The position numbers were made by a program, and so were the translations under genes. Below, in pieces: positions 48,980 through 57,932 of a stretch of DNA of 64,000 nt (positions within the stretch are counted from its first letter, which is position 1; every line of letters starts with the position of its first letter). The notes beneath the pieces are model-generated. The model saw only the letters and a list, made by a program, of their open reading frames with translations, was not told where the DNA came from and ran no database searches. This DNA is from Escherichia phage HermannAdler_Bas98: sequence record PQ850608.1; one strand, written 5' to 3'.

Positions 48980-50650
48980 ATGTCAATTAATAATGACAAT
49001 CTTCCAGAGGATACAGGTGATGAATTTGGTGCAATCTTTGACGAAATTCAAGATGCAGGCGTTTCGGAAGAAATGCAGGCAGCAGAGCAGCAAGGCACCA
49101 GAGCTAAAATCAGCCTTCAACACAAAGCCGTTGAAAAAGATTCAGAGCGCATGGAATGCTACGGTGAAGAAGACTTGGTTGAAAGAGCACGCTTGCTCGC
49201 CTCACTTCAGGTAATCAAGTTCCCTCACTACAAGCCTACCAAAGATGACTTCGTTCTACAGGCAGACCGGACGAGTGACATGAACCGTTATGCGGTTTTC
49301 GACGCGTTGTTTGATAAGGGAAGTGGCGTTGTTCCATTCCCTCACAAAGATACTTTTCGTGGGCGCTTAGTCGACCATCGCGGCGAAACTTTCACCGACC
49401 GGACGTTGGAAGTCACAGAGATAGTTGCCGCTGTCGACGCAGCAGGTCTGTCCAACCCAAACTCACGTCAGGTAGCTCAATCCTATAAGGAATGGGCTAT
49501 GCGTTATCAGCGTGACGACCTGATGGACTTCTTCTACAAGAAGCTGCCTGAATGGGACGGTACTGCGCGCATTGAGAAATACCTTATCGAGCTATTCCGA
49601 CCGTTCGATACAGAGTTAAACCGACAAATCGGTGTGTATTTTTGGCTATCGCTCTACAACCGACTGACCAACCCTGGCTGTCAAGCGCCAATCTCCATCG
49701 CGCTCATCGGCGGCCAGAACGCAGGGAAGAGTTATTTTAGCAAGCTACTTTGCGAAGCTATTATGAACGACCGCCACGCAACACCGATTCCGTTGAACTT
49801 AGCCGCGCAGAACTTCAACCCGTTCTTGCGAGCTATTACGGGTCGCTCAATTATCGCGAACGTCGGCGAGATGACAGGCTTTAAAAAGGCCGACATCGAA
49901 AACATGAAAGCATTCCTGACTAAGACGGAAGATGACCTGGACTTCAAATTTGAAGATACTCAGGTTAAACCACGCCAGTGGATTGCTATCATGGACGGCA
50001 ACGAATACGCAGGCATGCAGCGTGATGACACGGGCAACCGTCGTGTGTATCCTATCTTTGTTGGCCAACTCGCTGACAAGGACGGGCAACCGAACTGGTC
50101 GAAAGATTTCCAAGCTGACCTTTCCACTTTGAAAGAAGACGTTTGGCAGTTGATGGCTGAGTGCGCTGCATGGATGGAGAAGCACGGCGAAGCAGGCTAT
50201 AACGCGTTTGTTGGTGAAACATCTCGCATGCTTACTGAGTTCAGTAAAAACGAAATGGAACGTGCACGCGGCGTTATTCGTGATGAGATGGTTGACAACG
50301 ACCTTGTTGAAGTCGTCATCACCGCGCCTTATGACCGACATCACAGCGGACGCTGGCACATCACCAGTGGTGCTATTGCTATGGGATTCAGAGCGAAGTG
50401 CGGCAAGTCGCCTTTCTCTCGTACCCTTGCGCCGCACATGTCGAAGCTTGGTTTTGAGCCTGCGACCTATCGCAACCAGCGCGGTTACTTTACGCCGCTG
50501 ATTAAGAATGAAGCAGGGGAATACATTTCCGACTTGATGACCATCTTAGCGTATCTTATCCGTGATGAGTCTGACCCTGAAGATATTGAATTCTTGAAGA
50601 AGGTTATCGAGCGTAAACGTTCTTTGGGAAGAGATAAGGATGAATTCTGA
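48980..50650 (+). CDS. VirE-like / primase-associated P-loop NTPase (putative replicative helicase)
   Basis: Walker A IGGQNAGKS; 556 aa; RBS AGGAGG; adjacency to primase-like gene. Confidence 0.55.
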   Translation: MSINNDNLPEDTGDEFGAIFDEIQDAGVSEEMQAAEQQGTRAKISLQHKAVEKDSERMECYGEEDLVERARLLASLQVIKFPHYKPTKDDFVLQADRTSDMNRYAVFDALFDKGSGVVPFPHKDTFRGRLVDHRGETFTDRTLEVTEIVAAVDAAGLSNPNSRQVAQSYKEWAMRYQRDDLMDFFYKKLPEWDGTARIEKYLIELFRPFDTELNRQIGVYFWLSLYNRLTNPGCQAPISIALIGGQNAGKSYFSKLLCEAIMNDRHATPIPLNLAAQNFNPFLRAITGRSIIANVGEMTGFKKADIENMKAFLTKTEDDLDFKFEDTQVKPRQWIAIMDGNEYAGMQRDDTGNRRVYPIFVGQLADKDGQPNWSKDFQADLSTLKEDVWQLMAECAAWMEKHGEAGYNAFVGETSRMLTEFSKNEMERARGVIRDEMVDNDLVEVVITAPYDRHHSGRWHITSGAIAMGFRAKCGKSPFSRTLAPHMSKLGFEPATYRNQRGYFTPLIKNEAGEYISDLMTILAYLIRDESDPEDIEFLKKVIERKRSLGRDKDEF

Positions 50651-51297
50651 TGAATAAAGCAATCAACATCGCTAAATTCTTTCAACATCTTGGTGAACTG
50701 AACAAAGAAAGTGACGTTCACGGCGAAGAAATGAACCGGATGATCTCAACCGTGTTGCGTGGCTTTGGTTATGATAAGGACTCAATCACTTGCAAGCGTA
50801 CAAAGCTTGTTGATGAGTCTTATCTTTACTACGTAGAGCTGCGCATCGGGAAAGATGTGATGATCATTGACCCTAAACTGGAAGGGGCGCACTGTTTTGG
50901 CGCTCACCCTCGTGCGAGTGAATTCAAGGGGCGCGGTCGCAACCGAATCCAGAAGCTTGATGACGCAGGCGACTTGAACATTGCAATGTTCCTTAAAGAG
51001 TTCCTTGCGCTACCGAAGGTTGCATCATCCACTGGCCGTGATGACCCTTGCAAGATTGGATTCAGAACTAAAGATTTGCGCAATGCGCTACGCAAGAAGG
51101 GATTTGTGCCTTCTTATGACAACGTCGCCGCGCTGATGGCTTCAATGGAGGAAGCTGAAGCAATGGATAAAGTGCGCGGCTATTTCCTGAATACAGGCTT
51201 CACCATGTATGAATGGCACACGAAGGGATTGACTGTCGCCGACTTCATCTATTCATTAGAGCAGAAGTATGTACGCAATATGCAGGCCACAGGATAA
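50650..51297 (+). CDS. Hypothetical protein
   Basis: 215-aa ORF, ATGA overlap with upstream gene. Confidence 0.45.
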   Translation: MNKAINIAKFFQHLGELNKESDVHGEEMNRMISTVLRGFGYDKDSITCKRTKLVDESYLYYVELRIGKDVMIIDPKLEGAHCFGAHPRASEFKGRGRNRIQKLDDAGDLNIAMFLKEFLALPKVASSTGRDDPCKIGFRTKDLRNALRKKGFVPSYDNVAALMASMEEAEAMDKVRGYFLNTGFTMYEWHTKGLTVADFIYSLEQKYVRNMQATG

Positions 51298-51336
51298 TTA
51301 TCATCAAAATATTTGCTTTTCTGACGAGGTGATATT

Positions 51337-51561
51337 ATGATTAATTTAGACAGGATTGAGTTAGCACTTAGTACCTTAATCAAATATTACCAGTTTGCTT
51401 TTAAGGCTAGTTTGTTTGGCTTGTTCAATCCTCATCAAGCAGCAAAGGCGCGAAGCAATGCCAACCGCCTGCGCTGCACTGGTATAGTTATCCACGACCG
51501 GATATTGACAGAGGGTAGATTCAGCCATGAATACACAAGGGAGAATAACAAAGCAACGTAG
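51337..51561 (+). CDS. Hypothetical small protein
   Basis: 74-aa ORF behind RBS GAGGTG. Confidence 0.35.
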   Translation: MINLDRIELALSTLIKYYQFAFKASLFGLFNPHQAAKARSNANRLRCTGIVIHDRILTEGRFSHEYTRENNKAT

Positions 51562-51736
51562 GGCTTTACAAGTCCTCATCCACTACCTGTCACGCCTTTA
51601 TCCAACGGCGCACGAGCAGAATCCAGCAACTGGTCATCTGTTTAAGCGCCGTAACCTTTCGCTAAAAACATTCGCTTTAATCCAACATGACCGCTACCTG
51701 GACGGGCGCTATTGCGGCCCGAAGGATTCTCTATGA
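51527..51736 (+). CDS. Hypothetical small basic protein
   Basis: 69-aa ORF overlapping neighbours; weak. Confidence 0.3.
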   Translation: MNTQGRITKQRRALQVLIHYLSRLYPTAHEQNPATGHLFKRRNLSLKTFALIQHDRYLDGRYCGPKDSL

Positions 51737-52011
51737 TTACTACATACAAAGTATTCTTCGTCAAGTGCACATCATCTATTGATGACCAATTTACTGCTGG
51801 CAAGAATTATCCCGTGATTTCTGAGTCAAAGCTAGATATAATCTTGAACGATCATGAAATCTATGAGCCGATGCCAGCGACTGCGTTTGATGTTATCGGT
51901 CACGTTCGGATTAAGACGAATGTTGAAACGATGCATGATCCGTTGTTCAAGAAGCAAATTAAGAATGCCATGCAAGACTTTTGCGCGGCTATGTTTAAAT
52001 ATTATAAGTGA
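51712..52011 (+). CDS. Hypothetical protein
   Basis: 99-aa ORF. Confidence 0.4.
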   Translation: MRPEGFSMITTYKVFFVKCTSSIDDQFTAGKNYPVISESKLDIILNDHEIYEPMPATAFDVIGHVRIKTNVETMHDPLFKKQIKNAMQDFCAAMFKYYK

Positions 52012-52018
52012 GTTGAAG

Positions 52019-52240
52019 ATGAGCAAGAAAACCCTTAAGGCTGGCGACCGTATCCGTTGGGTATCAGGACAGCACATGCGTGCAGGCACCATCCTTGAGC
52101 TGGACGAATACCTTACCGATTCGCGCGGTCGTAATCACTACCGTGTAAGAATCGATACAGTAAAAGAAGATGACAAGTCGCTGGTTGGTGAAGTCGTCAT
52201 TGTAACTCCACGTCAAATAAAGGCGGCTTGTGAAGCATGA
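52019..52240 (+). CDS. Hypothetical small protein
   Basis: Start at Met56 of track ORF (MSKKTLKAG...). Confidence 0.4.
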   Translation: MSKKTLKAGDRIRWVSGQHMRAGTILELDEYLTDSRGRNHYRVRIDTVKEDDKSLVGEVVIVTPRQIKAACEA

Positions 52241-52392
52241 ATAAATATCAATTTAACGATAATAAAATCAGTAAGGCAGACGCAATCAAGCAGCTTCGCC
52301 GCGTACTTGAAGCCAGCGGCCATACGAAAGAGCGCGCACGCGTCCTAGCCAAAGAACATTATAAACGTTTTGTGTCACAAATCAGAGGTTAA
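52237..52392 (+). CDS. Small hypothetical protein (51 aa, below track cutoff)
   Basis: ATGA overlap with upstream stop; ends 2 nt before next ATG. Confidence 0.3.
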   Translation: MNKYQFNDNKISKADAIKQLRRVLEASGHTKERARVLAKEHYKRFVSQIRG

Positions 52393-52394
52393 TT

Positions 52395-52889
52395 ATGATC
52401 ATCCATCGCCCTTTAATGTTAAACAAAGAAGAGTGTGAAGAAATTTTACACGCATTGAGACGTGCAGAAGCAGATGTTAACCTTCGTGTAAGGGTAAGAG
52501 ACTTCATCATGAAGGAGTTTGAAAGTGATGATGTTGACTATGCCATTGATGAATTGCTGAAGCGCAACGTCAAGGGTGCAACAAGACCTATTCACCATCA
52601 ATCACGTTGCGTACAAGTTCCTATTCAAACTTATGTTGATAAAAAGCCGCGCCTTAAGCCTGTTCCGGCTGATAAGATAGAAGTTGGTGACGTTATTGTT
52701 TGCGTATATTACGGCAGTCAGATTTTCAATGCTGTTGTGGTAAGGCGATACAGCATAAACGGTTGCCAATACATGGAAGTGACAAACACAAAGAAAGAAC
52801 CTGGCAGCTTGAACGTGGCTTACGCATTAAGTGAATGCAGCAGTCCTTCTTGCACTCTTTATAAGGTACTCGACCATGGCTCATGTTAA
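52395..52889 (+). CDS. Hypothetical protein
   Basis: 164-aa ORF. Confidence 0.45.
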   Translation: MIIHRPLMLNKEECEEILHALRRAEADVNLRVRVRDFIMKEFESDDVDYAIDELLKRNVKGATRPIHHQSRCVQVPIQTYVDKKPRLKPVPADKIEVGDVIVCVYYGSQIFNAVVVRRYSINGCQYMEVTNTKKEPGSLNVAYALSECSSPSCTLYKVLDHGSC

Positions 52890-53223
52890 AGACGAAGTGC
52901 TTTTTGGCGCAGAGATTAAGAAACGTGTCAGAGAAATGGCAGGAGAAGAAAGAATGAAGCCGTTGCGAAAAGGTTTTGATCACATCAATGGCGTATCCGG
53001 CACGAAGGAGATGGGCGTGTTGGTAAAAGACATTCGCATTGGCGATGTCATGGTCATCGACCGACAAGCGCGCGTCGTTATCCAGGTGCAACCGAACGAT
53101 GATGAAGGTTGTGTTCTATTGAAGCTGAAGAAGCTTTCATCCAGCCCAGCGAAGGCCGTCATCAAGAAGGTATGGCCCGAAGGATTACGCAAACTCATTC
53201 GTCGACCCGTGGAGAATGTTTAA
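52876..53223 (+). CDS. Hypothetical protein
   Basis: Start at Met16 of track ORF. Confidence 0.4.
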   Translation: MAHVKDEVLFGAEIKKRVREMAGEERMKPLRKGFDHINGVSGTKEMGVLVKDIRIGDVMVIDRQARVVIQVQPNDDEGCVLLKLKKLSSSPAKAVIKKVWPEGLRKLIRRPVENV

Positions 53224-53459
53224 TGGAAGATTATATTAACGCGATGTATATGGCATTCTATGTCGTGCAAATTCCCAATGGCGCGGTATTCTATGGCGAG
53301 TATACCTTTGACGTTCAATATGACGTTTCAGAGCGTACAGTGTTAACAAGGGAGCTAATCGCGGACCTTAAGGACGACATCAAGCGCGTCGCGCGGCAGC
53401 AGTTCAATTTAGATGACACCGTAATCGTTCGCATTACCGGAATAACAGAGGTGCAGTGA
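53223..53459 (+). CDS. Hypothetical small protein
   Basis: Start at Met39 of track ORF, abutting upstream stop. Confidence 0.4.
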   Translation: MEDYINAMYMAFYVVQIPNGAVFYGEYTFDVQYDVSERTVLTRELIADLKDDIKRVARQQFNLDDTVIVRITGITEVQ

Positions 53460-53788
53460 TGACCCGTGATCAGATACTCGCCGCGCATGAGCGTGGGTTG
53501 ATAAAGGAAGTGTGGAAGAAGGCCAATGCCTTTGCTGATTCTTATTACTTCTTAAAGAAGTGCATAAAAGAAAATGCAAGAATGGGCAATACAGTATTGA
53601 CTTTTAATCTTCTTTCTTATGGCGAAAAGCTTAATGCAATATATGCTTGTCGACTAGCCAGCATGAAGTTCGATAGAGGAAATGACGGAGAGTTGACCAT
53701 CTATCGATTCTCCCACAGGACGGGAGATACAAAGATAACAAGGACGCGTGACCAGATAGAGATTGACTTACTCCACTATGCAAAATGA
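53456..53788 (+). CDS. Hypothetical protein
   Basis: 110-aa ORF followed by terminator. Confidence 0.45.
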   Translation: MMTRDQILAAHERGLIKEVWKKANAFADSYYFLKKCIKENARMGNTVLTFNLLSYGEKLNAIYACRLASMKFDRGNDGELTIYRFSHRTGDTKITRTRDQIEIDLLHYAK

Positions 53789-53792
53789 ATAT

Positions 53793-53828
53793 CAAAAAGG
53801 TGAGCTAAATGCTTGCCTTTTCTTTTAT
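53793..53828 (+). terminator. Rho-independent terminator (repeated module, copy 1)
   Basis: AAAGGTGAGCTAAATGCTTGCCTTTT hairpin (G-U wobble pairs) with U-run; 30-nt core identical to copy at 55332-55365. Confidence 0.6.
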
Positions 53829-53873
53829 CAATACTTATACTCTTTTCATCAAGACGAACAAGTGAGGTGAATT

Positions 53874-54191
53874 ATGATTTACTTAGGAATGGACGAAGAT
53901 GCGCACAAAGACCTTTCAAGGGTGCCAAACGTTAAGTTAGACACAGCCGTACACATCAAGCCTTGGCCAATCGTCCACCCAAACGTAGTTGTACCAGTCG
54001 CGCCTGGCACGCGTTACGTGGCCATTGATGACGACGGAGTCATTCACTGTTATTCGGAAAAACCAAAGTACATAGAGCAATATCACGGTTGGTTCTTGGA
54101 TGAGCGTGCAATGGCGCGTTACTGCGGCGAAGTCGGTCTGGAAGGCTGGGGATTCAAGGCTAGTGAATCGTGTGTCGAGGTGCAATTATGA
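53874..54191 (+). CDS. Hypothetical protein
   Basis: 105-aa ORF behind RBS GAGGTG. Confidence 0.45.
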   Translation: MIYLGMDEDAHKDLSRVPNVKLDTAVHIKPWPIVHPNVVVPVAPGTRYVAIDDDGVIHCYSEKPKYIEQYHGWFLDERAMARYCGEVGLEGWGFKASESCVEVQL

Positions 54192-54406
54192 ATGCCGCGC
54201 TGGGTAAGCTGTCTTTCAACAAGCGTAATGAGCTGAGAATGGTGTCGCGCTTTCAACAAACATATTCATCACTAATAAAGATTACAAATAAGGCCGACTC
54301 TCGTGTTTGCTCTAAAGAAGAATGGGAAGAATTGAACGAGCGTCGTAAACAATTACAACATGCCGCATTCAAGCTGCAGCAATATGCTATGGAGTATGCA
54401 AAATGA
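54188..54406 (+). CDS. Hypothetical small protein
   Basis: Start at Met7 of track ORF. Confidence 0.4.
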   Translation: MNAALGKLSFNKRNELRMVSRFQQTYSSLIKITNKADSRVCSKEEWEELNERRKQLQHAAFKLQQYAMEYAK

Positions 54407-54687
54407 AGATGCAAAGATGTCCCCATTGCTTGTCCACGATGCAGCTTACTGCTGAAGAATATTTACATCACGTTAACGTTTGTGAGGCTAATCCTGAAAA
54501 CTCGACGCGTTACTATTATCATTATCACGCAGAAGCGGAAGATGGATCAGGCGCAACAGGCATCGTCACCACTAAAGAAATGGTGATAACTAAAAAGGCA
54601 TATGAAAGCTTGCTGGAGACGATTAAAGAAGTTTCTGGCAAAGAAATCACCTGTATTAAATCTTTATCTTTCTTGCACGAGGTATAA
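54403..54687 (+). CDS. Small CxxC zinc-ribbon-like protein (paralog A)
   Basis: MKMQRCPHCLSTMQLTAEEYLHHVNVCEANPENS; paralogous N-terminus to the next gene. Confidence 0.45.
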   Translation: MKMQRCPHCLSTMQLTAEEYLHHVNVCEANPENSTRYYYHYHAEAEDGSGATGIVTTKEMVITKKAYESLLETIKEVSGKEITCIKSLSFLHEV

Positions 54688-54688
54688 A

Positions 54689-55072
54689 ATGAGAATGAAG
54701 CGTTGCCCTTACTGCCACGATGTGATGCATCTTCCACACGAAGAGTTTGTGCAGCACATGACTAACTGTGATAAGAATCCTAATAGCGAAAGCCAACTTG
54801 AAGAAAGAATGTTTCTTGTGTCATTCAAAGCTTCTGCTTATGAAGTGCAACGGGCTTACGGCGCACCAAGTACGATTTACTGTCCAACAACATTGAGAAG
54901 CGACATCGACTCAATTCAGCTTGCGGCCTGGATTAACGTTAAGGAAGGCATCACGCCGCACTTTATTGCGCGCATCCAATCTCAGATTCTACAAATGAAG
55001 CGCGAATACAACCGTGACATCACTGAAGTGAAGGTGCTGTCTATCACGCCGATGAATAAGGAGTTGCCGTGA
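54689..55072 (+). CDS. Small CxxC zinc-ribbon-like protein (paralog B)
   Basis: MRMKRCPYCHDVMHLPHEEFVQHMTNCDKNPNSES; start at Met30 of track ORF, 1 nt after upstream stop. Confidence 0.45.
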   Translation: MRMKRCPYCHDVMHLPHEEFVQHMTNCDKNPNSESQLEERMFLVSFKASAYEVQRAYGAPSTIYCPTTLRSDIDSIQLAAWINVKEGITPHFIARIQSQILQMKREYNRDITEVKVLSITPMNKELP

Positions 55073-55329
55073 ACAAGGGTCCGATGACTAAGTTAGCCGT
55101 TGCCGCGCGGAAGCTTCGACAAGCCGTTAATGGGTCGCGGCCCGTGGCGTTAACACTCGACGATGCAAAGGCACTGGTAGAGCTACTCGACGAGCACAAC
55201 CGACGCAAGAATCTGGAGAACACATTACGCTGGCGCGTTACTCCGAAAGGGCGGGAGAGCGAAAAGAAAGCTTACTTGCGGCGCAAACTAAGGTCGGTCG
55301 GCCTTCACGAAGAGGCGAAGAATATTTAA
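55069..55329 (+). CDS. Hypothetical small basic protein
   Basis: 86-aa ORF followed by terminator. Confidence 0.4.
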   Translation: MNKGPMTKLAVAARKLRQAVNGSRPVALTLDDAKALVELLDEHNRRKNLENTLRWRVTPKGRESEKKAYLRRKLRSVGLHEEAKNI

Positions 55330-55331
55330 TT

Positions 55332-55365
55332 CAAAAAGGTGAGCTAAATGCTTGCCTTTTTATTT
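55332..55365 (+). terminator. Rho-independent terminator (repeated module, copy 2)
   Basis: Same 30-nt hairpin core as 53793-53828, followed by TTTTTATTTGCCTG. Confidence 0.6.
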
Positions 55366-55401
55366 GCCTGTATTATACTTAGTTCATCAAGCAAAGGAGA
55401 A

Positions 55402-55710
55402 ATGATTATGAGTTACGACGAAAGGTTTGGCAGAAGCGGATTATTTCATGACGCTGTACACAAAGACAGCAAAGATGTTGTCTGCGCATTCAAGGTTGAT
55501 TCTTACGGTACGCTGAAACCATTTAAGGTCGGCGAAACATACAAGCTGTTTCACGGATGGTTGACGCGTCGCAACAACTTGCCTGACATGGAAGTCTGGT
55601 GGATAGAATACAAGGGTCAGGCTCATCGTTGCAAGGTTGTAGAGGTGCGCGGCGTGGAATACTATCAATCTGTTATCAGCGGCTTTGTTTTTAAAGAGGG
55701 TGAGCTATGA
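55402..55710 (+). CDS. Hypothetical protein
   Basis: Start behind RBS AAAGGAGA. Confidence 0.45.
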   Translation: MIMSYDERFGRSGLFHDAVHKDSKDVVCAFKVDSYGTLKPFKVGETYKLFHGWLTRRNNLPDMEVWWIEYKGQAHRCKVVEVRGVEYYQSVISGFVFKEGEL

Positions 55711-55892
55711 GTACCGAAGTCCACAACGCATCAGCCTTGGTCAGCTTTTACCGTAACAAAGGCGTGTCACTCGTTAAAACGCCGCAAGGCATGCTGTTCT
55801 TTGGCACGCGCTTCCTTAAGGCTTCGGAGCGTGAAACGCTGTCCAAGTTCGACCAGAAAACATTACACGCAGTTTGGAGAAGACAACCATGA
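55707..55892 (+). CDS. Hypothetical small protein
   Basis: 61-aa ORF coupled to neighbours. Confidence 0.3.
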   Translation: MSTEVHNASALVSFYRNKGVSLVKTPQGMLFFGTRFLKASERETLSKFDQKTLHAVWRRQP

Positions 55893-56125
55893 CATCCAAC
55901 CTTAAGGCCCGTTTATTATTCATCAAGCCGCATGTGCCGTATAAGATTAGTAAGCGCACCTGGCTTAACATTTACAACCGCAGCGGCGACCGTTGTTTGT
56001 ACAAGGCGAAGCGGCGCAAGAAGGTATATTTAAAGGCTGTGATGTCGCAGCCAGTCGATGCATTCATCGTCGGCGAAAATGAATTATCAATCGGCTATCA
56101 AATTGAACTCGGAGTAAAGAAATGA
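55889..56125 (+). CDS. Hypothetical small basic protein
   Basis: Start at Met6 of track ORF. Confidence 0.35.
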   Translation: MTSNLKARLLFIKPHVPYKISKRTWLNIYNRSGDRCLYKAKRRKKVYLKAVMSQPVDAFIVGENELSIGYQIELGVKK

Positions 56126-56625
56126 AAATCGAACAACTCGAAGCAGTATTGGAAATGGCTGTTAAAGCAGGCGCAATCAAAAGCTGGCATCGCGAGAAGT
56201 CGGATGACGCCGCGCACTTTTGTCGCAACTTCTATATCGTTGGCAACCTTAATGACCACTACACCATCGAGTGGTATACTAATATGATGACGCTTAAGTC
56301 GCGCACCATGGAGCTTTGGTGCAATGACATTTGCTTATCCAACACTCATCCATCCTACGACGTGGCATTGGCATTCTATTACGGAAGTCATCAACCAGTA
56401 GCCCACATTGGTGAGAAGCACGAACACCTGAAGGCGGGACCAGAAGATTCAATGGAAGGTTGGATTGAATGGTCTGGCGGCAAGAATCCGGTGCCTGGTA
56501 AAAAGGTCATGTTGATGTGGAGGAATGGCGCAAAGTCATCATACGCTTTCAATTCAAAAGGATACATATGGACTCACGACGGAAGCACCCATGACATCAT
56601 TGCTTATCGCGTCGTGGAGGAATAA
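56122..56625 (+). CDS. Hypothetical protein with conserved C-terminal W-GG-NPVPGK domain
   Basis: C-terminal about 55 aa (WIEWSGGKNPVPGKKV...IIAYRVVEE) shared with 57507-57932. Confidence 0.45.
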   Translation: MKIEQLEAVLEMAVKAGAIKSWHREKSDDAAHFCRNFYIVGNLNDHYTIEWYTNMMTLKSRTMELWCNDICLSNTHPSYDVALAFYYGSHQPVAHIGEKHEHLKAGPEDSMEGWIEWSGGKNPVPGKKVMLMWRNGAKSSYAFNSKGYIWTHDGSTHDIIAYRVVEE

Positions 56626-56966
56626 TGGAAGAGCAAGAAGGCCGTGAGCTAACGTTCGATGAACAGATGGCCGAACTTCAGCGCACATCGCCGCTGCGCG
56701 GTAAGGTTGTTGACATCGAGGCAAGCGAATCCAACCTCACCCAGTGGCGGCTCATGTGCACCAGCGCAGGCAAAGAGTTGTCAAGCTTCAAAGTCGGTCA
56801 GTCTTATTTGCTTTATGAGGCAAAAGGACTTATTATTGATGGAAGGCAAATCGTCTTCACTGTAGTCAGCGGAATGCGTTGGTTCGTGAAGCGTGATGTC
56901 GAGGGTCGTGACATGTTTGTCGCAGGCTTTCCAGAAACAAGATTCCAATTGGAGAAGGTTAAATGA
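56625..56966 (+). CDS. Hypothetical protein
   Basis: 113-aa ORF, ATG overlapping upstream stop. Confidence 0.45.
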   Translation: MEEQEGRELTFDEQMAELQRTSPLRGKVVDIEASESNLTQWRLMCTSAGKELSSFKVGQSYLLYEAKGLIIDGRQIVFTVVSGMRWFVKRDVEGRDMFVAGFPETRFQLEKVK

Positions 56967-57295
56967 AATTGAAATGGTATGTGGACCCTGAGCCGACAGG
57001 CTCATACAGGTCATTCCAACGTCGCGGCTGGCCGATTTGTTACAGCGGCAATCCCGATAAAGAAGACTGCGAGGTGCTTGCCGCGATAGTAAGTCTTAAT
57101 CATGACGGCTATGAAGGCCACTACGCGAGAGCAACCAACCTTCGTCTCAAGGTGCGCATCCATTTCAAGGTCGCAGGCGAGGACCGCACCGGACTCTCCA
57201 AGGAAGAGTTCAGCAGCATTGCCGAAGCAAAGGCATGGCTCAAGGCGTTCTACAAGAACAATCCTAAATTTTATCCAACTAAGGGTGCATTATGA
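56963..57295 (+). CDS. Hypothetical protein
   Basis: 110-aa ORF. Confidence 0.45.
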   Translation: MKLKWYVDPEPTGSYRSFQRRGWPICYSGNPDKEDCEVLAAIVSLNHDGYEGHYARATNLRLKVRIHFKVAGEDRTGLSKEEFSSIAEAKAWLKAFYKNNPKFYPTKGAL

Positions 57296-57510
57296 CCGAT
57301 AATCAATACGCAGTCGGGCAACGTGACATCGAGCAACTCGACGAGGGCGGCTATTATACGCGCCACATCTATGCCATGACTCATGAAGGACTTTACAGCA
57401 AGTCGGACATCGCCGCTGAACTGGCCCATCGTGACTTGCAAATTGACCTTCTCAAGATAGAAATTCAAAACTTACGCAACACCCTGTTAAACACCTGGAG
57501 CTTAAAATGA
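57292..57510 (+). CDS. Hypothetical small protein
   Basis: 72-aa ORF. Confidence 0.4.
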   Translation: MTDNQYAVGQRDIEQLDEGGYYTRHIYAMTHEGLYSKSDIAAELAHRDLQIDLLKIEIQNLRNTLLNTWSLK

Positions 57511-57932
57511 TACAGCGTTACGACCTGACATATGACGTGGCATCAGACGATTTCGCCGTCACTCCCGTTCCAGAAAGTCATGAAGGACGTTTTGTTGCAT
57601 ATGAGGACTATGAATCACTACTCAAGCTTAATGAGTCGCTAACAAAAGAGATTGAGCAATACCGCGAGCGCATCAAAGCCGCTGAAGATGTTATCAAGCT
57701 TTTTAGCGAGGCTGTTGAGAAATACAAGGAGCGCAACGTGCCGATTAAGGAGGAAGCGTGGACCGTGTGGTTTGGTGGCGTGAATCCGGTGCCTGGGAAG
57801 ATGGTTGAGTTTGAATTACTCAACGGTTATAAATCAAAAGGTGCTGTTCCTTCGGATAGTTTGACATGGGATAAAGTCACAAGCCCGACTGGTGCAAAGA
57901 TTGTTGCTTATCGGGTCGTTAAGGAGGGGTGA
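57507..57932 (+). CDS. Hypothetical protein with conserved C-terminal W-GG-NPVPGK domain
   Basis: C-terminal WTVWFGGVNPVPGKMV...IVAYRVVKEG paralogous to C-terminus of 56122-56625. Confidence 0.45.
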   Translation: MIQRYDLTYDVASDDFAVTPVPESHEGRFVAYEDYESLLKLNESLTKEIEQYRERIKAAEDVIKLFSEAVEKYKERNVPIKEEAWTVWFGGVNPVPGKMVEFELLNGYKSKGAVPSDSLTWDKVTSPTGAKIVAYRVVKEG

